Virus record (IMG/VR): IMGVR_UViG_3300035704_000008
Coordinates: 945-64,944 of that record
Direction: 5' to 3' (one strand)
From: a virus
Taxonomy: Duplodnaviria > Caudoviricetes
DNA: 64,000 nt
The translations under genes were made by a program, and so were the position numbers. Under the pieces are notes generated by a model that was not told where the DNA came from, searched no databases, and saw only the letters and a program-made list of their open reading frames with translations. Of the stretch, positions 56,448 through 64,000 are shown piece by piece. The stretch's first letter is position 1, and every line of letters starts with the position of its first letter.

Positions 56448-57592
56448 CCGCCGTCGTGCTCCGCGGTGACGCCCGCCGCCTGCCGCTGCCGGACGGCTGC
56501 GTGGACCTCATCGTGACCAGCCCGCCCTACTTCGGCCTTCGCAGCTACACCGACGACGGCGCGCACTATGACGGGCAGATCGGGTCGGAGGCGACCCCGG
56601 GGGAGTGGCTGGCGGCGCTGGTGGGGTGCACGGCGGAGTGGGTGCGGGTGCTGAAGCCGTCCGGGTCGATCTTCGTCAACCTCGGCGACAAGTACAACTC
56701 CCGCACGGTGCCCGATGCCGCCCCCAAGTCGCTGCTGGGGTTGCCGTGGCGGTACGCCCTGGCCTGCATGGACCAGCTCGGCCTGATCCTGCGCCGCGAC
56801 ATCATCTGGTCCAAGCCGAACGGCCTCCCCGAGTCCGTCACCGACCGGTGCCGCTCCTCCCACGAGTACCTGTTCCACCTGGTGCGGCAGCCGCGGTATT
56901 ACGCCGCCGTCGACGAGATCCGCGAACCGCACACTGCGGACCCGCCGCATCGGCCCGGGCGCAACGCGATGCAGGCGCGGAACGTGAGCCTGCCCGGCGG
57001 CATGGCTCCATGGTCCGGCCCCAACCCGCTGGGGAAGCTGCCGGGCAGCGTGTGGGACATCCCGTCGCAGCCTCTCACCGTCCCCGCGCGGCTGGGCGTG
57101 GATCATTTCGCGGCGTTTCCGATGGAGTTGCCGCGGCGGTGCGTGCTGGGGTGGTCGCCGCCGGGTGTGTGCACCGCCTGCGGCGAAGGCCGCCGCCCGG
57201 TCACGGACAAGAGCTACGCCCGGCGCCATGGCACGTCTGGCTTCAAGAAAGACGGCAACGAGCCGTTCGGGCGGCTGAACGGCACTGGCATGGCCGGAAA
57301 ACCTGTGATGGACATGCAAGTCGCCATCACCGGCTATGCGTGCGCCTGCCCGGAGCCTGACGCGCCCGTCCGCCCGGCCCTAGTTGTAGATCCGTTCGGC
57401 GGGACCGGCTGCACGGCGCTCGTGGCGGCCGCGTACGGCCGCACGGGCGTCTCCGTGGACCTGTCCATGGATTATGCGCGGCTGGCGAAGTGGAGAACTA
57501 ACGATCCAGCCGAGCGGGCGAAGGCGTTGCAGGTGCCGAAGCCGCCGCCCGTCCCGGACGGCCAGGGCTCGCTGTTCGATGAGGCGTCATGA
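56444..57592 (+). CDS. N4-C/N6-A DNA methyltransferase (beta class)
   Basis: VTSPPY, IIWSKPNGLPESVTDR, HFAAFP, VDPFGGTG. Confidence 0.9.
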   Translation: MTAVVLRGDARRLPLPDGCVDLIVTSPPYFGLRSYTDDGAHYDGQIGSEATPGEWLAALVGCTAEWVRVLKPSGSIFVNLGDKYNSRTVPDAAPKSLLGLPWRYALACMDQLGLILRRDIIWSKPNGLPESVTDRCRSSHEYLFHLVRQPRYYAAVDEIREPHTADPPHRPGRNAMQARNVSLPGGMAPWSGPNPLGKLPGSVWDIPSQPLTVPARLGVDHFAAFPMELPRRCVLGWSPPGVCTACGEGRRPVTDKSYARRHGTSGFKKDGNEPFGRLNGTGMAGKPVMDMQVAITGYACACPEPDAPVRPALVVDPFGGTGCTALVAAAYGRTGVSVDLSMDYARLAKWRTNDPAERAKALQVPKPPPVPDGQGSLFDEAS

Positions 57593-57831
57593 CCGCAACC
57601 GTGACAGCAACCCGCGCTGTGGACACCAGCGGACCACAGGGGACAAGGGTGCCCGTGACCAGGATTGACCGCGCTGGAGTCCACCGGTGTCCGCCGCCGC
57701 CCAGGACTACGGATCAGAAGGTTGGGGGTTCGAGTCCCTCCGAGCGCGCCACGCTGACCAGGGAAAACGCGCCGGGTTACAGGGGTGTAACTCTCAGAAG
57801 GTCGTTGCGTGACCGCAACCGTGACTGCAAC
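57590..57831. other. attP: core = 3' half of tRNA-Arg(ACG) at about 57705-57751, flanked by arm-type repeats
   Basis: GACTACGGATCAGAAGGTTGGGGGTTCGAGTCCCTCCGAGCGCGCCA; TGACCGCAACCGTGAC(A/T)GCAAC at 57590 and 57810. Confidence 0.85.
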
Positions 57832-57845
57832 CGGCGGCGGTCACC

Positions 57846-58508
57846 GTGACGCGGCCAAGATTGCTGGACCTGTTCTGCGGCGCTGGCGGCGCGGCCGAGG
57901 GCTACCACCGCGCCGGGTTCGATGTCGTCGGCATCGACATTAACCCGCAGCCGAACTATCCCTTTGAGTTCATCCGGGCCGAGGGGAACTGGCACCGATC
58001 GTGGCTGGAGCCCTGGCAAGTGCGCGGCTACTCCGCCATTCACGCCTCGCCTCCGTGCCAGGCGTTCACCGCCTACCGCCGTCGCGGTGCCGGAGTCGGC
58101 GACAGCTACCCCGACCTGATCGGCGAGATGCGCCAGATCCTCATCAAGACCGGACTTCCCTGGGTGATGGAGAACGTGCCCGGCTCACCGGTCCAGCCGA
58201 TGGTTCAGCTCTGCGGCTCATCGTTCGGGCTGGACGTGCGCCGCCATCGCTGGTTTGAGACGAACGTCCCGATGATGTCGCCGCCATGCGCGCACGGCCT
58301 CCAGCGGGTGCCACGGTTCGCTCACGCCACCAACCGGAAGAACCTCCGGCGCACCGTCGAGATCGGCGTGTGGCGCATCCCGCTCCCGGTCCAGCAGCAG
58401 GCCATGGGTATCGACTGGATGACGCTCGACGAACTCAGCGAGGCGATCCCGCCTGCGTACACCGAGTACATCGGCGAGCAGCTACTCGCGGCTGGACGCG
58501 CCCTATGA
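57846..58508 (+). CDS. Short C5-cytosine DNA methyltransferase-like protein
   Basis: LDLFCGAGG, HASPPCQ, MENV, RRHRWF, SEAIPPAY. Confidence 0.8.
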   Translation: MTRPRLLDLFCGAGGAAEGYHRAGFDVVGIDINPQPNYPFEFIRAEGNWHRSWLEPWQVRGYSAIHASPPCQAFTAYRRRGAGVGDSYPDLIGEMRQILIKTGLPWVMENVPGSPVQPMVQLCGSSFGLDVRRHRWFETNVPMMSPPCAHGLQRVPRFAHATNRKNLRRTVEIGVWRIPLPVQQQAMGIDWMTLDELSEAIPPAYTEYIGEQLLAAGRAL

Positions 58509-58639
58509 CTTCTGAGCCTGAGCCCGACTGGGAAACGATCCTCGAGATGCAGATCGAGGCCGAGCGGGATTTCTTCGGCTGGGATGAGAACTCTGATGCC
58601 GGAGAATCGGCCTGGAGCGAGGTCGAGCCGCCGTACTAG
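58505..58639 (+). CDS. Small acidic protein
   Basis: ATGA overlap; MTSEPEPDWETILEMQIEAERDFFGWDE. Confidence 0.4.
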   Translation: MTSEPEPDWETILEMQIEAERDFFGWDENSDAGESAWSEVEPPY

Positions 58640-59910
58640 CGCTGGCGCAGCCCTTCGAGGACCCGGTCCATGACGTCCGCCCCGGCCCGCGGCACGTCCT
58701 CCAGCGCGTGCACGTACACCTGCGTCGTGGAGATCCGGGCGTGCCGGAGCATCCGCTGCACCGTCTTCAGGTCCGCGCCGCCGGCCAGCGCATAGGACGC
58801 GCACGCGTGCCGCAGGTCATGCAGCCGGGCCGGCCGTTCGATCCCGGCGCGGTCCCGGACCTTCTCCCACTGCCGGTTGATGTTCCGCGGCTCGACCGCC
58901 GTCCCCAGCCCGGTGGTGAACACGAGGCCGAGGTCGGCCCACGCGGGCGCGGCCATCCGCTGGCGCCGCTGCTCGGTGCGCCACGCGGCCAGCGCCTCTA
59001 CGGCGGCGTCGGGGAGCGCGACGGGCTCCCTGGAGGCGCGGGTCTTCAGGTCCCGGGCCACCAGCCGGCCCCGGCCGCGTTTCCCGGTGGCCGGGTCGGC
59101 GTCGCCGCGCTGGCGCTGCACCTGCAGCCCCGGCGTCCAGATCCGCCGCTCCAGGTCCAGGTCATCCCACCGCATGCCCAGCCCTTCGCCGCGGCGGAAC
59201 CCGAGCAGGAACGCGACCAGCCAGTAGCACCACCACCGGTCTTCCGCCATCGCGGTCAGGAGCGCGGAGGCGTCGCCGGGCGCGAGGATGACGGGCGCGG
59301 CCGGGTCGGCCTTCGGCGGGGCTACGAGGTCGACCACGTTGCGGGTGAGCCCGGCGGTCTCGTCGCGGATCGCGTCGGCGATCATCTTGTGGAGGATCTC
59401 CCGGCAGTACGCGACGGTGCGCGGCGAGAGGGTTTTACGCGGTTCGTCACGCCGTTCGTCACGCGTTTTGCGCGGCTGGCGGCCGGACGGCTTGCGCGAT
59501 AGGCGGTCCTGCCACTCCCGTACGGTGTCGGCGCGGAGCTCGGCGAGCCTGATATGGCCTATGCCGTCACGCGGGGACAGGATGTGCAGGCGGGCGTTAT
59601 CACGGTAGGAGTCCATCGTGGAGGCGGCCAGGCGCCCGGCGCGGACGTACTGGGGGAGGGTGGTGCCGAGCCATCGGGTGAACGCGTCGGCGATGGTCTG
59701 GTGCGGGTCCTCCGGCAGGCCCTGCGCGAGCTTGGCCTCGAGGTCGGCGCGTTTGTCGATGGCGTCGCGGCGGGTTTTGCCGTAGACGTAGCGGGGGCGG
59801 GTGTCGATGCCGCCGCCGGGTGGGTAGGCGCGGGCTTGCCAGCGTCCGTCGGCGCGTTTCCAGGGTTTGCCTTCGCGGTTGGGCCGCGCCCCGGCCGGCT
59901 TACCGGTCAC
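58636..59910 (-). CDS. int: Tyrosine integrase
   Basis: GFRRGEGLGMRW, LKT, RLHDLRH, LRHARISTTQVYVH; probable GTG start 59910. Confidence 0.93.
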   Translation of the reverse strand: MTGKPAGARPNREGKPWKRADGRWQARAYPPGGGIDTRPRYVYGKTRRDAIDKRADLEAKLAQGLPEDPHQTIADAFTRWLGTTLPQYVRAGRLAASTMDSYRDNARLHILSPRDGIGHIRLAELRADTVREWQDRLSRKPSGRQPRKTRDERRDEPRKTLSPRTVAYCREILHKMIADAIRDETAGLTRNVVDLVAPPKADPAAPVILAPGDASALLTAMAEDRWWCYWLVAFLLGFRRGEGLGMRWDDLDLERRIWTPGLQVQRQRGDADPATGKRGRGRLVARDLKTRASREPVALPDAAVEALAAWRTEQRRQRMAAPAWADLGLVFTTGLGTAVEPRNINRQWEKVRDRAGIERPARLHDLRHACASYALAGGADLKTVQRMLRHARISTTQVYVHALEDVPRAGADVMDRVLEGLRQR

Positions 59911-60128
59911 GGCGACGCCTGGGGGATCTCTGCTGCTTCGTCCCGGTCGACCCAGAAGGTGCGCGGCGCTTCCGCGAGCTCCACGTAACGGCGGACGTTC
60001 AGGGCGAGTTCCTTGGTGGCGAACGGGCCGAGGATCTTCTCGCCGCCACGGGCCAGGACATCCGTAGCGATCCACCAGTTTTGCGGGCTGTTCTCTACGG
60101 CCGGGCTGACCTTCTGTGTGTCTTCCAT
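59907..60128 (-). CDS. Hypothetical protein co-transcribed with integrase
   Basis: Overlaps the integrase start. Confidence 0.5.
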   Translation of the reverse strand: MEDTQKVSPAVENSPQNWWIATDVLARGGEKILGPFATKELALNVRRYVELAEAPRTFWVDRDEAAEIPQASP

Positions 60129-60254
60129 GCTCTGACACTACCCAGGATGGACATGTCTGGTCTAGAGTGGACTCCGGATGTCTCCATTTACCGTCAGCCA
60201 TGGCGGGAGAGCACGGGAGCCTGTCTCCAGGCCCCGGCAGGCGAAGGGATCACG

Positions 60255-60557
60255 ATGACCGACCGCCACCCAGGCGAGATCGACGTCGGCACCGCGGTGC
60301 TCGGGCTCATGACGACCAGGCGCGTCGCGGAGCTGCTCGACTTCTCGGAGCGGCAGGTCCGCCGCATGATCGCGTCGGGGGCGCTGGAGGCCGTCAAGGA
60401 CGGCGGCAGCGTGCGGGTCCTGCCGGAGTCGATCATCGCGTACAAGCAGCGGCTCCGCGGCCCCCGCGGGGAGGACCCGTGCGGGACGTGCGGCGGGACG
60501 CCCCCGGCGGGGTTCATCTGCTCCGGGTGCGGGCAGACGGGCCGGGCCGCGTCATGA
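60255..60557 (+). CDS. Excisionase-like HTH_17 protein
   Basis: LMTTRRVAELLDFSERQVRRMIASGAL...GGSVRV. Confidence 0.8.
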   Translation: MTDRHPGEIDVGTAVLGLMTTRRVAELLDFSERQVRRMIASGALEAVKDGGSVRVLPESIIAYKQRLRGPRGEDPCGTCGGTPPAGFICSGCGQTGRAAS

Positions 60558-60772
60558 CCGCCCACGCCGACATGTCCGCGGCGGGCCTGCGGGTCCTGGA
60601 CCTGCTCACCGTGCCGGAGGCCGCCGCCCGGATAGGCCGCTCGCCGGAGAAGGTGCGCAGCCTGATCGCCGGTGGCGTCCTGAAGCAGGAGCGGTTCGGC
60701 GCGCTGGTGCGGGTCACCCCGGAGTCGGTGGCGGCATACGAGCAGCGGCATCACGATCAAACGGAGGACTGA
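60554..60772 (+). CDS. Second excisionase-like HTH_17 protein
   Basis: LLTVPEAAARIGRSPEKVRSLIAGG...GALVRV. Confidence 0.75.
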   Translation: MTAHADMSAAGLRVLDLLTVPEAAARIGRSPEKVRSLIAGGVLKQERFGALVRVTPESVAAYEQRHHDQTED

Positions 60773-60773
60773 C

Positions 60774-60980
60774 ATGGACGAGTTCAAGACCGGCGACACC
60801 ATCGAGCACCGCCTGATGCCCGGATTCACGATGCCCGTGCTGGAGACCCGCGACTGCGAGACCGACTCCGGCCGCCCCGAACCGCACCTCGCGTACAAGA
60901 TCAGCGACCCGGACGGTAACGAGGACTGGCTGTGCGCGCACGACGTGCAGAAGCCCGGCCAGAACCTCGCGTGGCAATGA
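60774..60980 (+). CDS. Small SH3-like hypothetical protein
   Basis: GGAGG RBS; FKTGDTI...YKISDPDG. Confidence 0.55.
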   Translation: MDEFKTGDTIEHRLMPGFTMPVLETRDCETDSGRPEPHLAYKISDPDGNEDWLCAHDVQKPGQNLAWQ

Positions 60981-61082
60981 CTTCCGGGCGGCGCCGGTTC
61001 GGAGAACAGCCGGTTCAGAACAGCTGCCTGCTCAAGGCCCGACCTTCGCCTGAAGGCAGGTAAGCCGCCGCCCGGAACACGA

Positions 61083-61120
61083 AACAAGGCCCTCCGCACG
61101 TCTGTGCGGAGGGCCTTGTT
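61083..61120. terminator. Stem-loop terminator between convergent operons
   Basis: AACAAGGCCCTCCGCAC-GTCT-GTGCGGAGGGCCTTGTT. Confidence 0.8.
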
Positions 61121-61152
61121 CTCACCCCGGGAGGGGTTAAGCGTATTACAGT

Positions 61153-61920
61153 TCAGTCGACCCAGAACCTGATGCCCTTGGGCAGCGGCGCGGACGCGGG
61201 CTTGGTCCCGGCGCTGACCGCGTTGAGCCAGGCCGCCAGCGGGTCACCGAAGCTCTTGTAGTGCACGGCCGTCATGCGCAGCAGCGTCGACGGCGGCACG
61301 CCCAGCTTGGCGGCGAGCCGCGCCAGGGAGTACTGCCCGGCGGTGACGTACTCGCCGTGACCGGTGAACCCGGCCGGCCGCACGGCCGGGTCCCCGGAAA
61401 CCGCGTCGAGCCACGGCCGGCTGAACACCGACACGTCGTAGGTCCCGGCGTTGCGGTACTGCACGCCGATGATCGGGAACGGGCCGCCCGCATGCTGGAC
61501 GAGGGCGGCGGCCTCGGCCTCGGTGAGGTTCCAGTTCGCGACCCACAGGCCCACGCCTTCGCTGATGCCGCCGTGGATGAGGGCGTTGACGACGGGCGTG
61601 ACCATGGACAGGGACATGTAGATGGCGGGGTGCCGCTGCCCTGGCCGCTTGGCGGCTGCGACGTTCGCGGCGGCGGCCTCGGCCCAGCGGGCGGCGACGC
61701 CGACGGTGGCCGCGCCGGCCTCGACGTCGAGAACGTCGGCGGTCGAATCGGTGGCGCCGGGGTCCTGGCAGATGCGGACCGCGCCGGGATGGGCTTTCCA
61801 TTCGGCCGCACCCCAGGGGACGATGCCGGTGCCGGTCGAGTACCCGGCGGCCTGCCCCTTGGGGAGGTGGCTGACGTTGGCTCGAATCGCATCACAGACG
61901 GTGACGGTGGCGATCGTCAT
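61153..61920 (-). CDS. Endolysin (GH25/DUF1906-like muramidase plus C-terminal binding region)
   Basis: AAGYSTG, DVLDVEAG, PAIYMS, LWVANW, GVQY...YDVSVF; lies after membrane genes. Confidence 0.7.
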   Translation of the reverse strand: MTIATVTVCDAIRANVSHLPKGQAAGYSTGTGIVPWGAAEWKAHPGAVRICQDPGATDSTADVLDVEAGAATVGVAARWAEAAAANVAAAKRPGQRHPAIYMSLSMVTPVVNALIHGGISEGVGLWVANWNLTEAEAAALVQHAGGPFPIIGVQYRNAGTYDVSVFSRPWLDAVSGDPAVRPAGFTGHGEYVTAGQYSLARLAAKLGVPPSTLLRMTAVHYKSFGDPLAAWLNAVSAGTKPASAPLPKGIRFWVD

Positions 61921-62137
61921 GGGCCTCCTGACGGCTGCGGGTGTGCGTGGTATCCGAGGTCGGCGGCGGCGGGTGCGGAGGGCCGCCACGCGGCGCGGCA
62001 GGTGCCGCACATGGCGGCGGCGTCGAGGTCGGCGTACGTGCCGCACCGGTCGCAGTAGCCCATGGCGGTCCCTCAGTCGGCCAGGGCTGCCGGGGTCCGG
62101 GGCAGCGGGGATAGGTGATGGCTCCCGCCGCGGCGGG

Positions 62138-62443
62138 TCACTCCGGGGCGGCGGGAGGTACCAGGGTCTTCTCCGGCGGGACTACCGCAGGCGGGACGGC
62201 AGCGACGAGCGGCTGCCCGTTGCCGTCCTTCGGATCAGCCACCGGCGTCACCTTGAACCGGGCGTACAGGAACGCGGCCGCACCGAGAGCGGCCACGATG
62301 ACCTGCGGGTCGATCACGGCGTGGTGGTGTGTCGCGTTGACGATCATGACGATGGCCGCGTAGATCGCGGCGACAGCCGACCCGAGCCCGGTGGGGTTCG
62401 TCGCCGGGGCCAGTGCGCGTTTCAAGGTGGCCTCCCCCTTCAT
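62138..62443 (-). CDS. Holin
   Basis: Two TM helices then RFKVTPVADPK; upstream of endolysin. Confidence 0.65.
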   Translation of the reverse strand: MKGEATLKRALAPATNPTGLGSAVAAIYAAIVMIVNATHHHAVIDPQVIVAALGAAAFLYARFKVTPVADPKDGNGQPLVAAVPPAVVPPEKTLVPPAAPE

Positions 62444-62814
62444 CCGTCGAAGTTCGCGGTGCAGTTCCGCGGCGCGAACACCTGCCGCACGTAGCCGAGG
62501 AGCTGCCGGACGAGCGCCAGCCGCCGCTGCTTCTGCGCGGGTGTCTCGTGCGGCGGCGGCGTGCTGATCTGCGCCAGGTGCGTCCACAGGGTGATCTGCT
62601 GGGCGCGGGAGTCGTTCCCGGCCTGGCACAGCTGCACGACGGACGCCCGGGAGCTGATGCCGCCCTGGACCGCCCGGATGGAGATCCAGGCGCTTGCCCC
62701 GGCGAGCAGGAGCGTCAGGACGGACAGGAACACGAACGCCCGGGCGGCGCCGCGGCTGATCGGCCGGAACGGCATCCGCAGCCAGCCCGCCCATGAATGC
62801 GGCTGGTCACTCAC
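62440..62814 (-). CDS. Single-TM lysis-region protein
   Basis: TM helix then CQAGN...PRNC. Confidence 0.55.
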   Translation of the reverse strand: MSDQPHSWAGWLRMPFRPISRGAARAFVFLSVLTLLLAGASAWISIRAVQGGISSRASVVQLCQAGNDSRAQQITLWTHLAQISTPPPHETPAQKQRRLALVRQLLGYVRQVFAPRNCTANFDG

Positions 62815-63097
62815 TGGCCTCACCGGCCTCCTGTGGCGATCCAGATGATGACGAGGACCCAGACGGCGGTGTAGATGGCGAGGAGTGCCCATCGCGCCCG
62901 CCGTTCCCACCGCCCAGGAGGACCCGGGCGTGGCCCGCCACGGACGGCACGGTGAGCGCCAGCCCGGTGACCAGCAGGATATCCGAGGGGGAGCGCGAGA
63001 ACACCTGGCTCAGGATCAGGACCATGCCGGTACCGGTCAGCAGCACGTCTTTCGCTGCCGCCCAGGCCAGGTCCCATCGCTGCGAGCTCCAAGACAA
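62807..63097 (-). CDS. Two-TM lysis-region membrane protein
   Basis: KDVLLTGTGMVLILSQ...LLVTGLAL. Confidence 0.55.
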   Translation of the reverse strand: MSWSSQRWDLAWAAAKDVLLTGTGMVLILSQVFSRSPSDILLVTGLALTVPSVAGHARVLLGGGNGGRDGHSSPSTPPSGSSSSSGSPQEAGEASE

Positions 63098-63189
63098 CCC
63101 CGCCCCGCTTTCTGACTGTCGCGTTCTCCCGGAGGGAAGGCCGGCGGTCCCGGCTGCAGGCGCCGCAGGGGCGCCGGGACCGCCAGCGT

Positions 63190-63522
63190 TTATGCGCCGA
63201 CCTGCCCGGCCCAGACCTCACTCAGTTGCTGGTCGAAGTCGAACTCGCTGGCCTGCGTGGCCGTGCCGAAGTACACCCCGGCGACGGTGTTGAGGTAGGA
63301 GATGATGGTCTGGGCGAGGGCCGCGTCGGAGACGCCGCCGGGGTTGGCCGCGTTGCCGTCGCCGCTGTACCCGATGGATTCCAGGTACGCCAGGCCGGTG
63401 CCCTGCCCGTTGACGGACAGGTTCAGGTTGGAGATCCGCCGCATCACGTCGCGGAGGTTCACCGCGAACGCGGTGATGATGTTATCCATCTGGCCGGAGC
63501 CGATCGTGGCGCCTACGGGCAT
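63190..63522 (-). CDS. Tail-fibre-associated small protein
   Basis: AGGAGG RBS; follows the tail fibre gene. Confidence 0.6.
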   Translation of the reverse strand: MPVGATIGSGQMDNIITAFAVNLRDVMRRISNLNLSVNGQGTGLAYLESIGYSGDGNAANPGGVSDAALAQTIISYLNTVAGVYFGTATQASEFDFDQQLSEVWAGQVGA

Positions 63523-64000
63523 CAGTTCCTCCTGGTCTTCTTCGTGCGGTAGGTGATCGCGCTCTGGGTCAGGCTGGTCCCGCTGCTGGTACCCCAGTTG
63601 CCGTAGATGGCCAGCGTGTGGTTCGAGGTCGTGTCGAACGCGACACCCGTGGTGATCTGGTTGATCGCGACCGATCCCTGCCCGCCGCCGCCGTGGGCCG
63701 TGGTCGGCGAGGGGTTACCGAGGTTGAACTGGGTGGCCCCGTTGAGCTGGACGACCATCCCGCCGTCGAAGGCGACGTTGCCGGACCCTCCGGCCCCTGT
63801 CGTGTTGAGGGTCAGCCGGGCACGCAGCGTGTAGGCCATCGTCAGGCCGGCCGAGAGCATGACCGCGCCGATCGTGACGTTGTTGATTCCCGCGCCGGCC
63901 CCGTCGATGAAGAAACTGAAATTGTATGTGGGCAGGCTCGTGGTAGTAGAGGAGGGCGTGGTGATCGTGCCGTCGATCTCGATCTCGTACTCGGACCCGG
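63522..64000 (-). CDS. C-terminus of minor tail / receptor-binding protein (5'-truncated)
   Basis: Frame open to the window edge; Gly/Thr-rich beta-sandwich-like sequence. Confidence 0.65.
   Translation of the reverse strand, partial: GSEYEIEIDGTITTPSSTTTSLPTYNFSFFIDGAGAGINNVTIGAVMLSAGLTMAYTLRARLTLNTTGAGGSGNVAFDGGMVVQLNGATQFNLGNPSPTTAHGGGGQGSVAINQITTGVAFDTTSNHTLAIYGNWGTSSGTSLTQSAITYRTKKTRRN

Larger units (their letters stand above)
1..64000. mobile_element. Temperate actinobacterial siphovirus genome (near complete, circularly permuted, attP intact)
   Basis: Terminase, portal, HK97-type capsid, tail tube, tape measure, integrase, repressor/Cro and lysis genes are all present; minor tail genes run off both window ends on the same strand; no host housekeeping genes seen. 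Confidence 0.95.

Noticed and set aside
57705-57751. tRNA-Arg(ACG) gene
   Set aside because: Only the anticodon-to-CCA half is present, with no 5' acceptor strand or D arm; interpreted as the attP core.

Overview
A nearly complete, circularly permuted, high-GC temperate siphovirus of an actinomycete. The host is inferred from DUF397/XRE-DUF5753 regulators and a TraB-type translocase. Minus-strand late genes run HNH, TerS, split TerL, portal, protease, capsid, glycosylation cluster, beta-helix fibres, neck, tail, tape measure and minor tail. Minor tail genes reappear at the right end, followed by lysis. The middle holds an AICE-like transfer module, a repressor/Cro switch, RecE/RecT, rep with iterons, two DNA methyltransferases, an intact attP (3' half of tRNA-Arg-ACG) and a tyrosine integrase. 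The standout is an antisense cassette between portal and protease (26120-27795): a stand-alone Cas7/RAMP-like gene, an accessory gene, and a 628-nt non-coding array of 116 GGY-NN pentamers cut into 11 units by 12 GGCA tetramers. It is a candidate non-CRISPR RNA-guided system resembling VIPR. Other highlights are an ORF-less group I intron in the major capsid gene beside a free-standing EndoVII-type nuclease, two tail-tube paralogues flanking an antisense protein that carries the tube motif, a virion glycosylation cluster, and a tRNA with a non-canonical anticodon loop. All calls come from reading motifs by eye; no database searches were run.
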